From contig JAVZNE010000001.1 in the NCBI GenBank assembly GCA_038882975.1, forward strand, positions 192,001 through 256,000: a stretch of 64,000 nucleotides of DNA, read 5' to 3'. A program made the translations under genes and the position numbers. Positions 10,070-18,248 of the stretch are shown piece by piece. The notes beneath the pieces were generated by a model, which searched no databases, was not told the origin of the DNA, and saw only the letters and a program-made list of their open reading frames with translations. Every line of letters begins with the position of its first letter. Position 1 is the first letter of the stretch. This DNA comes from Candidatus Bathyarchaeia archaeon. Its GTDB lineage: Archaea; Thermoproteota; Bathyarchaeia; Bathyarchaeales; Bathycorpusculaceae.

Positions 10070-10246
10070 CCAAAAATAAATTGTTTCAATAGGATGGGAT
10101 GGGAATGGAAAAATAAAGAATTCTTCCGGCCGTTCATATAACGAATCTTTATCTCTATTAGACTCAACAAATTGACAAACACACTATATATAAATTGGTT
10201 AAACTCTTATTAGAATTTAGAGTAAAAATTTCAATCGGCTCAATAT

Positions 10247-10704
10247 ATGTCTATGTCAAGAGATAAGAAACTGGTAACACCTCCAAGGTTAAGTATAGCA
10301 GACCTTCTAGAAATACAACACACCGATATTAATTTTGACAATTTTTCTGTTGAAGAAATCGAAGAATTAATTGGTGACGAAATTGTTCAACGCTATCTGA
10401 AAATGGTTAAGGAAGCACGATTAACACGTTCTCCTGAGCTTGAAAATTATCAAAAGGAACTGAAAGAACAGGTGAAAAAGAAATCCTACTTTATTTTAGA
10501 AAGAAAAGTTAGCGAAGAATTAAGATGGCGAAGAGCGTCTGGATTTGTCTCAATAGCGAGTTGGTTATAGGAGTTCTGTGCATTTTATCTAACAACTTGT
10601 TAGGAGCCTCGCTGCTATTTATAATAGGAGGATTTTTTATGGCGATTGCGGTCGGCTACAAAAAGATTGAGATGGGAATAAAAAAACTAGGAATAAAGAA
10701 GTAA
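10247..10704 (+). pseudogene. frameshifted hypothetical protein with two C-terminal TM helices
   Basis: ORF stops at 10570, but the -1 frame from 10561 reads LVIGVLCILSNNLLGASLLFIIGGFFMAIAVGYKK...KK* to 10704. Confidence 0.6.
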
Positions 10705-11112
10705 CCTGACGAGGGCAAATATGAAAGAGGCTTAAAATTAACTCGTTTCTAAAATTTCATCTTAAAAAAATCATCTTAAATCGGATTAAAAAGGAGATAT
10801 CAAATAGATATCATTTTTGCTTGTTTCACCCGTAGAAATTTTCTGGTTCAAACTTTTCTTTCAACTCATCTCTAATTTATTTAATATTGTCTGAAAATTG
10901 TAACCATGAAAGTGAAAATGCTATCACATTAACACCTGCTAGCATAATATGAATGTAAGAAATGTGGAGTAAAGAAATTCAAAAGCACTCTTATTGTACC
11001 TTCCTGGTTAGCTGACACTGGAAGACCCGTCTGTTATAGTTTTAAACCTTACAGACCTAAAGAACATAAAGATGAGAAAAAGAAACATTGATGCAACAGT
11101 AAACTTAACATA

Positions 11113-11388
11113 TTATGAGTGATATTCAATAAAGTACAATAAAATAGCGAAGATTACTATTTGAAGTATAAGTTCAATCATGACTGACATGGGGTCTATT
11201 GCCCATCCAGCTAATAGGTTAAATGGAAAGGGTAGAGCCTCAATAATCGTCATAATCGTAAGTTCTGATATTAACTCTACAATGTTTCTGCTCAACAAAA
11301 TTCCTATTATCCAAAGTGCTGTAACAATAAACCCAGCAATAAACCACAAGCCTATATACTTAGCTATTTCACTCACTATTTCGCTCAT
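11113..11388 (-). CDS. small hydrophobic membrane protein
   Basis: 91 aa with 2-3 hydrophobic segments. Confidence 0.6.
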   Translation of the reverse strand: MSEIVSEIAKYIGLWFIAGFIVTALWIIGILLSRNIVELISELTIMTIIEALPFPFNLLAGWAIDPMSVMIELILQIVIFAILLYFIEYHS

Positions 11389-11766
11389 TAATAAACTGGT
11401 GTCATCAATAGAGAGATAAAAAGTTTATTTTACGCAATGGCGCTTTCGCAGTGTTCGAGCATTTTGAATGTTTGAATTTCTAAAATGGTTGTTTGAACTT
11501 GGTAAACCATCTATACGCTTTGCTTGCAACTTTCTTTTTCCATTTCATATTCAGCTTCAGTTTTATACACACCTAACCAACACCAAAGAGAATGCTCCTA
11601 AACTTCAAAGATAGAACCGTATGATTACTCCATTCCAGCTAAAAAGATTCCTAGTACTATCAACTTGGACCTTTAGGCTTACCTTTCAGAACATCCCTTG
11701 CTGTATGCCACCAACCAGACATAGGAACATCATTTACCAATGAAAAGTTCAATTCCCTGCTTAACT

Positions 11767-11777
11767 ACCCCCCGCAC
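11767..11777 (+). repeat. att-like core copy 2
   Basis: ACCCCCCGCAC, a GC-rich word within AT-rich DNA. Confidence 0.8.
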
Positions 11778-11972
11778 TGAATTTCACTTCTAGGTTTAAA
11801 CTGTCACATCGTTTGTCGGAATAAAATAAAACTATAGTGTGAGCAAAACTCGGATTACGTAAATAAATATGGTTAAAGCTGTAAATGTCAACTCATTCGT
11901 GTATCTGTTTTTTATGTGATATTGTAGATATATAGAAAACTATAAATGTAGCTACTTGTAATAATATGAAAC

Positions 11973-12155
11973 ATGGGCAAACTAAATGTTAAAATAAAAA
12001 ATGATGTCGATGTCAAATTCAGAGAAGAAGTATTTAGAAGAAAAGGCATGAAAAAAGGAAACTTAACAGAGGCGTTAGAAGAGGCAATACTGTTATGGAT
12101 TAACACAGATACTCTAAAGAAAAAAGAGAAAAATATTAAAGGCGAAACAAAATGA
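11973..12155 (+). CDS. ribbon-helix-helix DNA-binding protein
   Basis: Alternating beta strand KLNVKI followed by two helices (..GNLTEALEEAILLW); TATA-like TATAAA at 11941. Confidence 0.7.
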   Translation: MGKLNVKIKNDVDVKFREEVFRRKGMKKGNLTEALEEAILLWINTDTLKKKEKNIKGETK

Positions 12156-12262
12156 TGTTTTCCAAGGTAGAAATAAATATTAAGTGTATAGCAATAATAT
12201 ATATTATAGAATAAGAAAAGTTAGATAAGCTACTAGAAGATTATGATTTAGAGGATGAGAAA

Positions 12263-12475
12263 ATGAAAAAAAGTAAGACGAGTGGGTTCGAATACATAAT
12301 GTCTTTAGGTGACAAACTTGGAGAATACGTTGAAAAATGGATAGTAGTATTAGACAACAAAATAGTAGCAAGTGGTGAAGACTTAAAAGAGGTTTATAAA
12401 GAAGCAAAGGAGAAACATCCTCAAGAGACTCTTTTCGTAATGAAGGTTCCTGCAGACAAAGTCATGGTGCTGTGA
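12263..12475 (+). CDS. DUF5678-like small protein
   Basis: EYVEKWIVVLDNKIVASGEDLKEVYKEAKEKHP resembles the DUF5678 pattern; GAGG upstream. Confidence 0.7.
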   Translation: MKKSKTSGFEYIMSLGDKLGEYVEKWIVVLDNKIVASGEDLKEVYKEAKEKHPQETLFVMKVPADKVMVL

Positions 12476-12481
12476 CATTGT

Positions 12482-12934
12482 TTGCCTTCTAAAAAGAGTG
12501 TTACTTGCAAATATTTATTTTATAGGTATACCATGCGAAATGGTACAGTTAGGACACTGTTACTTCCTTTAGTTCATGTCCGAATAGAATCTCCCGAAGA
12601 ACATATCGAAACAGATGCATTGGTGGATTCAGGTGCTACTAGGACACTTATTCCAAAAGAGATAGCAGAAATTTTGCCATCTTTGAAATATGAAGAACAA
12701 CGTGCTGAAGTCACGGGTGCTGGAGGTGTATTCCTTGCTAGAGTAACAAGATTGAAAAAGCTTACACTGATAAAGAATATCACTCCATTTGCACATTTTG
12801 TGGAAATTGAAGTGTTAGTTCCAGACCATGAGGGTATTTTACCCTATGTGATTCTTGGAAGAGACTACGTCTTCCGCCGATTTGACATTACATTTCATGA
12901 AAAGAGGCGAAAATTAACTTTTACAGAAATCTAA
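12482..12934 (+). CDS. retropepsin-like (clan AA) aspartic protease
   Basis: ALVDSGAT catalytic motif, flap VTGAGG, ILGRD. Confidence 0.82.
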   Translation: MPSKKSVTCKYLFYRYTMRNGTVRTLLLPLVHVRIESPEEHIETDALVDSGATRTLIPKEIAEILPSLKYEEQRAEVTGAGGVFLARVTRLKKLTLIKNITPFAHFVEIEVLVPDHEGILPYVILGRDYVFRRFDITFHEKRRKLTFTEI

Positions 12935-13034
12935 ACGGCGAGAAGTTCAAATGTAACGCCAATCGCATTAATGCATACAACCAACTAGGCAATCTTTTTA
13001 TGGAAAATGGAGAAATTGACTTGTAGATAATGTC

Positions 13035-13063
13035 ACTTGACAGTTTTAAACGACAGTATAAAC
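13035..13063 (-). repeat. subterminal inverted repeat, right (two tandem motif copies)
   Basis: Reverse complement reads GTTTATACTGTC + GTTTAAAACTGTCAAGT. Confidence 0.7.
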
Positions 13064-13066
13064 CTA

Positions 13067-13077
13067 ACCCCCCGCAC
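13067..13077 (+). repeat. att-like core copy 3
   Basis: ACCCCCCGCAC at the right island boundary. Confidence 0.8.
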
Positions 13078-13161
13078 TTTTGCATTTATCTCCTATTACA
13101 CACAGAGAATATGGTAAGTCTTATCTACTTGAGATTTTGCACGCTGCAAAACTAAAATGGT

Positions 13162-13237
13162 TGGTAGCCCGGGGGAGATTCGAACTCCCGTCGGCGGGTC
13201 CAAAGCCCGCTATGCTTGTCCACTACACCACCGGGCT
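13162..13237 (-). tRNA. tRNA-Gln(TTG), CCA encoded
   Basis: AGCCCGG/CCGGGCT acceptor (A1-U72), anticodon arm GCGGG-CTTTGGA-CCCGC, GTTCGAATC T-loop. Confidence 0.95.
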
Positions 13238-13262
13238 TCATACATACATCATGTGATTAACT

Positions 13263-14387
13263 TTAACTCTTTGATATGTGTGTTTTGATTAAATGTTTCC
13301 TTTCTCGCCTTATTTTCCATATGTCTTTTCTAGCCTTTTTGATGGTTTCCGCCGCCTCCGCCTTACTTACATTAGCCGTGTCATTTAAGCTTAGAAGCTT
13401 TACAATGTTTTGACAGTGTTTTGGGTTACCTTTTTCAAGTTTTTCTATCGAGTGCATTAGTCTTGTGTAGTCTATTTTCTGCCTTTCAACTATGGCTTTT
13501 AGCCAAGCATAGTTTTCAACAATGTTTAGGGATATACTGGATAAGTAGTGCACTGTTTCAGCAAACTTTCTAGAGTTTATCATTGAGTTTGCTCTTAAAA
13601 TTGTGCCTTGCATGAACGCGGTGTTAAAGTAATAGTTTAAGCTTGTTCTAACTTTGAAATGCACGTTTTTCAACGTTTGAGATTTCCGTTTAACGATGAA
13701 GCTCATTTCGTCCCAAACAGCTTTGAAGAGTTTTAGCTTTTCTTCAGCTGCTGTTATATTCACATCATCTAGTTTAGCCATTACTATATAATCGTTAAAA
13801 ATTTCTGGCATGCCAAGCTTTTCCGCTGCAATTTCCACTTTTTCTAGGAATCGGCTGTTTGAAAAAGGTTCGAGAGTTATTTCCAACAATACACGCAAAA
13901 TATTTTCCATGGCAACAACGGCGAAGAGATGGGCGCTTAGATGGTCGCCTTTGGTGTGGGCTGAGGTTGCACGGCTTAGGTATATGTCTGACTCTATTAT
14001 GTGGGTTTCTATCCTCATTCCAATCCTTTCATGCGAGCCATAAAACTTCGCCATTGAAAGCTTTGTATTTGTCAAAGTCCAGTCCCTATCGTATAGGATT
14101 TGGACTTCGTAGAGTTTTTGGTCAAATTTTGGATGTATTGGACCTTGAATCAAATGTTTTGGAACAAAATTAAAGTCTAGAAATAGGTCGCCAACAGAGA
14201 CTCTCTCCACATACTCGTCTTCGAGAGGGTTATTGCTGAGGACTAGCAAGTCGACATCACTTGAAGGTACAGCGTCGCTGCGGCTCCAGCTTCCAAATAA
14301 GCCTATCCCAGAAATGGTTTCGTTGGCAGCCATCTCTTTTACGATTTTCTCCAGCGTTTTTCGCACTTTCTCTGGGAGCTTTATCAT
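13263..14387 (-). CDS. Pol-beta-type nucleotidyltransferase domain protein with helical C-terminal region
   Basis: LFGSWSR..SDVDLLV motif; start trimmed to MIKLPEK. Confidence 0.75.
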   Translation of the reverse strand: MIKLPEKVRKTLEKIVKEMAANETISGIGLFGSWSRSDAVPSSDVDLLVLSNNPLEDEYVERVSVGDLFLDFNFVPKHLIQGPIHPKFDQKLYEVQILYDRDWTLTNTKLSMAKFYGSHERIGMRIETHIIESDIYLSRATSAHTKGDHLSAHLFAVVAMENILRVLLEITLEPFSNSRFLEKVEIAAEKLGMPEIFNDYIVMAKLDDVNITAAEEKLKLFKAVWDEMSFIVKRKSQTLKNVHFKVRTSLNYYFNTAFMQGTILRANSMINSRKFAETVHYLSSISLNIVENYAWLKAIVERQKIDYTRLMHSIEKLEKGNPKHCQNIVKLLSLNDTANVSKAEAAETIKKARKDIWKIRRERKHLIKTHISKS

Positions 14388-14463
14388 TTTGGCACAACTC
14401 TTTTGGTAGATTAGTAGCACTAATCATTATTCAAGATTTGTGAAGGGGATATTTTAGTTTAAA

Positions 14464-14482
14464 CCGTAAAATTTATATATTA
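14464..14482 (+). promoter_or_regulatory. BRE/TATA promoter of tfb
   Basis: CCGTAAAA followed by TTTATATA. Confidence 0.55.
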
Positions 14483-14586
14483 AAACATTTCATCTGGATA
14501 GAACACGCGGGGCCGGATGGCGTCTTCTACTCCTATATTGGGGAAATGAAAAGGGACGGTTCTACGCAAAATCGAAGTGTGGGAAA

Positions 14587-15525
14587 ATGAGCGGGAAAGA
14601 AAGCGGAACCCGTCAACGCTTGGTTGACAAGTGCCCGGAATGTGGTAGTGTAAATCTTATCCACGACTATGACACTGGCGAAACCGTTTGCGGAGAATGT
14701 GGACTTGTACTTCACGAGCAGATGATGGACAAGGGACCAGAGTGGCGTGCCTTCACACAGGAGGAGAAAGCCTCAAGAAGTCGCGTAGGAGTGCCAACGT
14801 CCTACTCCGTCCACGATAAAGGATTGTCAACGGCCATAAGCCAAGTTGACCGAGACGCCTTCGGAAGAAAACTTCCACTTTCGACACGCTTGCAAATGTG
14901 GCGCCTAAGAAAATGGCAGATACGCTCAAGGGTGCACTCCTCAATAGACCGAAACTTGGCACAGGCAATGGCTGAGCTTGACCGCCTCTCAGACAAGGTG
15001 TATATACCGCCACCGATTAAGGAGAAGGCAGCCGTCATATACCGCAAAGCCCTAGACAAAGGCTTAGTACGGGGAAGATCAATTGCAGCCATAGCCGCTG
15101 CTGCCCTTTACGCTGCTTGCCGTGGAAGCGGGACCCCGAGAACATTGAGGGAGATAGCGGAAGCCAGCTTAGTGGACAAGAAGGATGTTGCCCGCTGTTA
15201 TAGGCTCTTGCTCCGAGAGCTTGACGTGCAAATGCCCATAGCAGACCCATTAACATACGTTTCAAAAATTGCTGAAAAAACCGGGATTTCGGGTAAAACA
15301 CAAGGACTGGCAATACAAATCTTACGTGAAGCAAAAATGAAACGTGCCGCAGCTGGAAAAGACCCTATGGGTTTGGCTGCCGCAGCACTATACATTGCAT
15401 GCTTGCAAAATAATGAAAAGAAAACCCAAAAGGACATTGCTGAAGCTGCGGGGGTCACGGAGGTTACGGTTCGAAATCGCTACAAAACACTGAAGAGGCA
15501 ATTAAACTTAGAACTGCCAGACTAG
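14587..15525 (+). CDS. tfb: transcription initiation factor IIB
   Basis: CPECG..CGECG zinc ribbon, GPEWRAF B-reader, two cyclin repeats, VTEVTVRNRYK. Confidence 0.97.
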   Translation: MSGKESGTRQRLVDKCPECGSVNLIHDYDTGETVCGECGLVLHEQMMDKGPEWRAFTQEEKASRSRVGVPTSYSVHDKGLSTAISQVDRDAFGRKLPLSTRLQMWRLRKWQIRSRVHSSIDRNLAQAMAELDRLSDKVYIPPPIKEKAAVIYRKALDKGLVRGRSIAAIAAAALYAACRGSGTPRTLREIAEASLVDKKDVARCYRLLLRELDVQMPIADPLTYVSKIAEKTGISGKTQGLAIQILREAKMKRAAAGKDPMGLAAAALYIACLQNNEKKTQKDIAEAAGVTEVTVRNRYKTLKRQLNLELPD

Positions 15526-15531
15526 CCGTTT

Positions 15532-15741
15532 CTAACTTTCATTTTCTTCCTTTTCGATTTCCATAACTATGGGGCCAACATACCCGCAGTCTTCACAAAC
15601 ATATTTTTTAGGCGTTAACCAGTAATCAAGGCTGCTTGACAGATGGATTTTGGGACTTCCGCATCTTGGACAGTAAATTTTCGATGGACCACGATGTTTC
15701 AGAGTCTTCAATACTTCACGCATGTTTTGTAGGATTTCCAT
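15532..15741 (-). CDS. small zinc-ribbon protein
   Basis: CPRCGS...CEDCGY. Confidence 0.7.
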   Translation of the reverse strand: MEILQNMREVLKTLKHRGPSKIYCPRCGSPKIHLSSSLDYWLTPKKYVCEDCGYVGPIVMEIEKEENES

Positions 15742-15766
15742 GGGCTTACACCTTTTTAGGGCGTGG

Positions 15767-16075
15767 CTATTGAACCTCTATGTTTTCCTCCGGATATCCA
15801 AGCCTTATTAGGTATTGGCGGACTTTTTCGCGGTGGTCTCCTTGAAGGATTATTTGTCCGTTTTTGGCTGTTCCTCCACATGCACAGAAGCTTTTCAGTT
15901 TTTGGGCTAGGCCTCCAAGGTCTGTGTCTTTGTCGTTTATGCCTTCAACTATTGTTGTTGGTCTGCCGAACTTTCTTGTTTCAAATCTTATACGAATTCT
16001 TTGCTGCTCTTTCCCTATCTCGCCACAGACACACAAATCTTTGGGAAGCCCACATATTGGACAGATATCAGCCAT
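15767..16075 (-). CDS. translation initiation factor aIF-1 (SUI1)
   Basis: ICPICGLPKDLCVC, LKSFCACGGT, LQGDHR; real start ATG at 16075. Confidence 0.93.
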   Translation of the reverse strand: MADICPICGLPKDLCVCGEIGKEQQRIRIRFETRKFGRPTTIVEGINDKDTDLGGLAQKLKSFCACGGTAKNGQIILQGDHREKVRQYLIRLGYPEENIEVQ

Positions 16076-16199
16076 GACGCTCAACATTTCAATGGCAACG
16101 CCCGTATATAAAATTTTCAAATCCCCAATCACTAAATTGGCAAGCATAAGCAGATTGAACCGGAAAAGCTTTAATGTTTTCATATAACCTTTTTGACTT

Positions 16200-17348
16200 A
16201 TGCGAGCGGTTGTTATAGGCTGCGGAAGAATGGGTTCGGTGGCGGCTGAAGAATTAGCGAAAAGGGCGAGCAAAGTTGAAGTTTTTGTTGCTGACAAAGA
16301 CGTAAACAAAGCCAAAGAAACTGCAAAAAGTATTGGAAAAAACAATGTTAAGTGGCTTCAATTAGACGCCTCAAACAAGAAAGAGCTGATAAACGCCTTG
16401 AAAGATTTCGATTTAGCTCTGGGTTTTTTGCCGCCGAGGTTTGGCTTCAGCCTCATTGAAGCATGCATAAAAGCGGGAAGTAATCTTGTTGACGTCTCGT
16501 ATATGCTTGAAAACCCCCTAATACTGCATGAGAAGGCTGTTGAGGCCGGTGTCACAATTGTTCCAAGCTGTGGATTAGCGCCAGGCATTAGCAACATCCT
16601 CGTTGGTCACGCAGTTGTAGAACTTAACAAAACCCATAAAATTCACATAATGGTTGGCGGACTACCAGAAATGCCAATACCGCCTTTGGGCTACGTTGTT
16701 ACATGGTCTCCTGAAAGCCTCATCGACGAATACACAAGCAAAGCCCACATAGTTAGGGATGGCAAAATAGTCGAAGTTGAAGCTTTAGATGGCTTGGAAA
16801 CGATGGAGTTTCCAAAGATTGGCAAGCTGGAGGCCTTTTACACGGACGGACTTAGAACTTTACTATACACTATTGGAGAGGTTGATGAAATGTGGGAAAA
16901 AACGCTTCGCTACCCCGGACACGCGGAAAAGATAAAGCTGCTAAGGGATTTGGGCTTCTTCAGCGACAAAGAGGTTTCCGTTGAAGGATGCCGCATACAA
17001 CCTAGAAAACTTACAGCAAAACTTTTCGAGAGAGCTCTCGTCAAACCTAACGTGAAGGACGTTGTCGTTTTAAAAGTTGAGGTTTACGGTTTAAAAGACG
17101 GAAGAAAAACGCGTTACACGTACAATTTGGTTGATTATTATGATGAAGGGGGCAGAGTTACCGCCATGGCTAGGACTACTGCATACACCGCCTCGATTGT
17201 GGCAACATTGATTTTGAAAGAAGCCATACCCTTAAAAGGTGTTGTGCCGCCGGAGATACTGGGCATGGAGGGAAAGATTTACAAACAAATCATAGCGGAA
17301 CTTGAAAATAGAGGAATTAAAATCGCTGAAGAAGTGTGTTTGGAATAG
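16200..17348 (+). CDS. saccharopine dehydrogenase / lysine 6-dehydrogenase family
   Basis: GCGRMG, CGLAPG, KTLRYPGH, TAMARTT. Confidence 0.85.
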   Translation: MRAVVIGCGRMGSVAAEELAKRASKVEVFVADKDVNKAKETAKSIGKNNVKWLQLDASNKKELINALKDFDLALGFLPPRFGFSLIEACIKAGSNLVDVSYMLENPLILHEKAVEAGVTIVPSCGLAPGISNILVGHAVVELNKTHKIHIMVGGLPEMPIPPLGYVVTWSPESLIDEYTSKAHIVRDGKIVEVEALDGLETMEFPKIGKLEAFYTDGLRTLLYTIGEVDEMWEKTLRYPGHAEKIKLLRDLGFFSDKEVSVEGCRIQPRKLTAKLFERALVKPNVKDVVVLKVEVYGLKDGRKTRYTYNLVDYYDEGGRVTAMARTTAYTASIVATLILKEAIPLKGVVPPEILGMEGKIYKQIIAELENRGIKIAEEVCLE

Positions 17349-17355
17349 GCTTGTC

Positions 17356-18243
17356 TTATGATACTATGCCCATTCTGTGGAGTTCTTCCCGGAGGCTCTC
17401 TCTAACTTGTTTTAGGCTTTGCCTCTTAACCACATACTCGTCTCCGCTTATTTTGCCAGCCCTAAAATCTTCATCTAGCTGGGCTAATTGACGGTCTATT
17501 TCTGCTATGCGCGCCCTTATCTGGTCTATGTAGGATACGGCTCTTTCCTCTGCCATGACTTCTGACGGTGTCAGCGCCATCTTTATTACACCGTCCTCGA
17601 TTCGCAGTATTCTGTCCGCGGCTCTTGCAACGCTCGGGTCGTGAGTAACCATAATTATGGTTTTGCCTAATTCCTTATTGACTTTAGATAAATAATTGAC
17701 AACGATTTTTGCATTTGCGGTGTCCAACTCGCCTGTTGGCTCATCGGCTAATATTAGTGGCGGGTCATTCGCAAGAGCGGCGGCTATGGCTACTCGTTGC
17801 TGTTCTCCACCGCTTAATTCGTCTGGTTTGTGGTGGGCTCTTTCTGTCAGCCCAACTATTTCGAGAAGCTCCTTAACGCGTTGGGTTCTTTTGCTTCTCG
17901 GGACACCTAAAGCTACCATGGGAAGCTCAATGTTTTCCGCCGCCGTTAAAGTCGGTATCAGGTTTAGTGTTTGGAATATGTGGCCCACCGTTTTGCGCCT
18001 ATATTCAACTAGTTGGGATGGATGCAGTGCTGTAACCACTGTGTCGCCAACTTGAACGTAGCCTCCCGTTGCTTGGTCCAACCCGCCTATAATGTTGAGC
18101 AGTGTTGTTTTTCCGCTTCCACTTGGCCCAATTATGGAGACCATTTCGCCCTCCTTAACTTCCATGCTTAACCCTCTTAGGGCTTGGACCTCCACGTTTC
18201 CAAGCCTATAAATTTTGATTAGGTCTTTGGCTATCACCTTCAT
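17356..18243 (-). CDS. ABC ATPase (LolD/MacB type) with C-terminal helical extension
   Basis: GPSGSGKT, LSGGEQQR, ILADEPTG, VTHD. Confidence 0.92.
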   Translation of the reverse strand: MKVIAKDLIKIYRLGNVEVQALRGLSMEVKEGEMVSIIGPSGSGKTTLLNIIGGLDQATGGYVQVGDTVVTALHPSQLVEYRRKTVGHIFQTLNLIPTLTAAENIELPMVALGVPRSKRTQRVKELLEIVGLTERAHHKPDELSGGEQQRVAIAAALANDPPLILADEPTGELDTANAKIVVNYLSKVNKELGKTIIMVTHDPSVARAADRILRIEDGVIKMALTPSEVMAEERAVSYIDQIRARIAEIDRQLAQLDEDFRAGKISGDEYVVKRQSLKQVRESLREELHRMGIVS

Positions 18244-18248
18244 TCCTC

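Larger units (their letters stand above)
9951..13077. mobile_element. AT-rich tRNA-anchored island of two tandem modules, no integrase
   Basis: Visible AT shift, three direct copies of the tRNA 3' end, subterminal inverted motifs, short and broken ORFs. Confidence 0.75.

Noticed and set aside
9767-10073. Minus-strand ORFs (..RGVGFEPTNPYG..; ..GGWDLNPRTP..)
   Set aside because: Typical antisense translations of a tRNA gene.
10083-10090. GTTTCAAT, resembling a CRISPR repeat end
   Set aside because: No regularly spaced copies and no cas genes; no array seen anywhere in the window.
16076-16345. 90-aa N-terminal extension of SUI1
   Set aside because: Overlaps the divergent dehydrogenase gene and its promoter; the family starts at MADICPIC.
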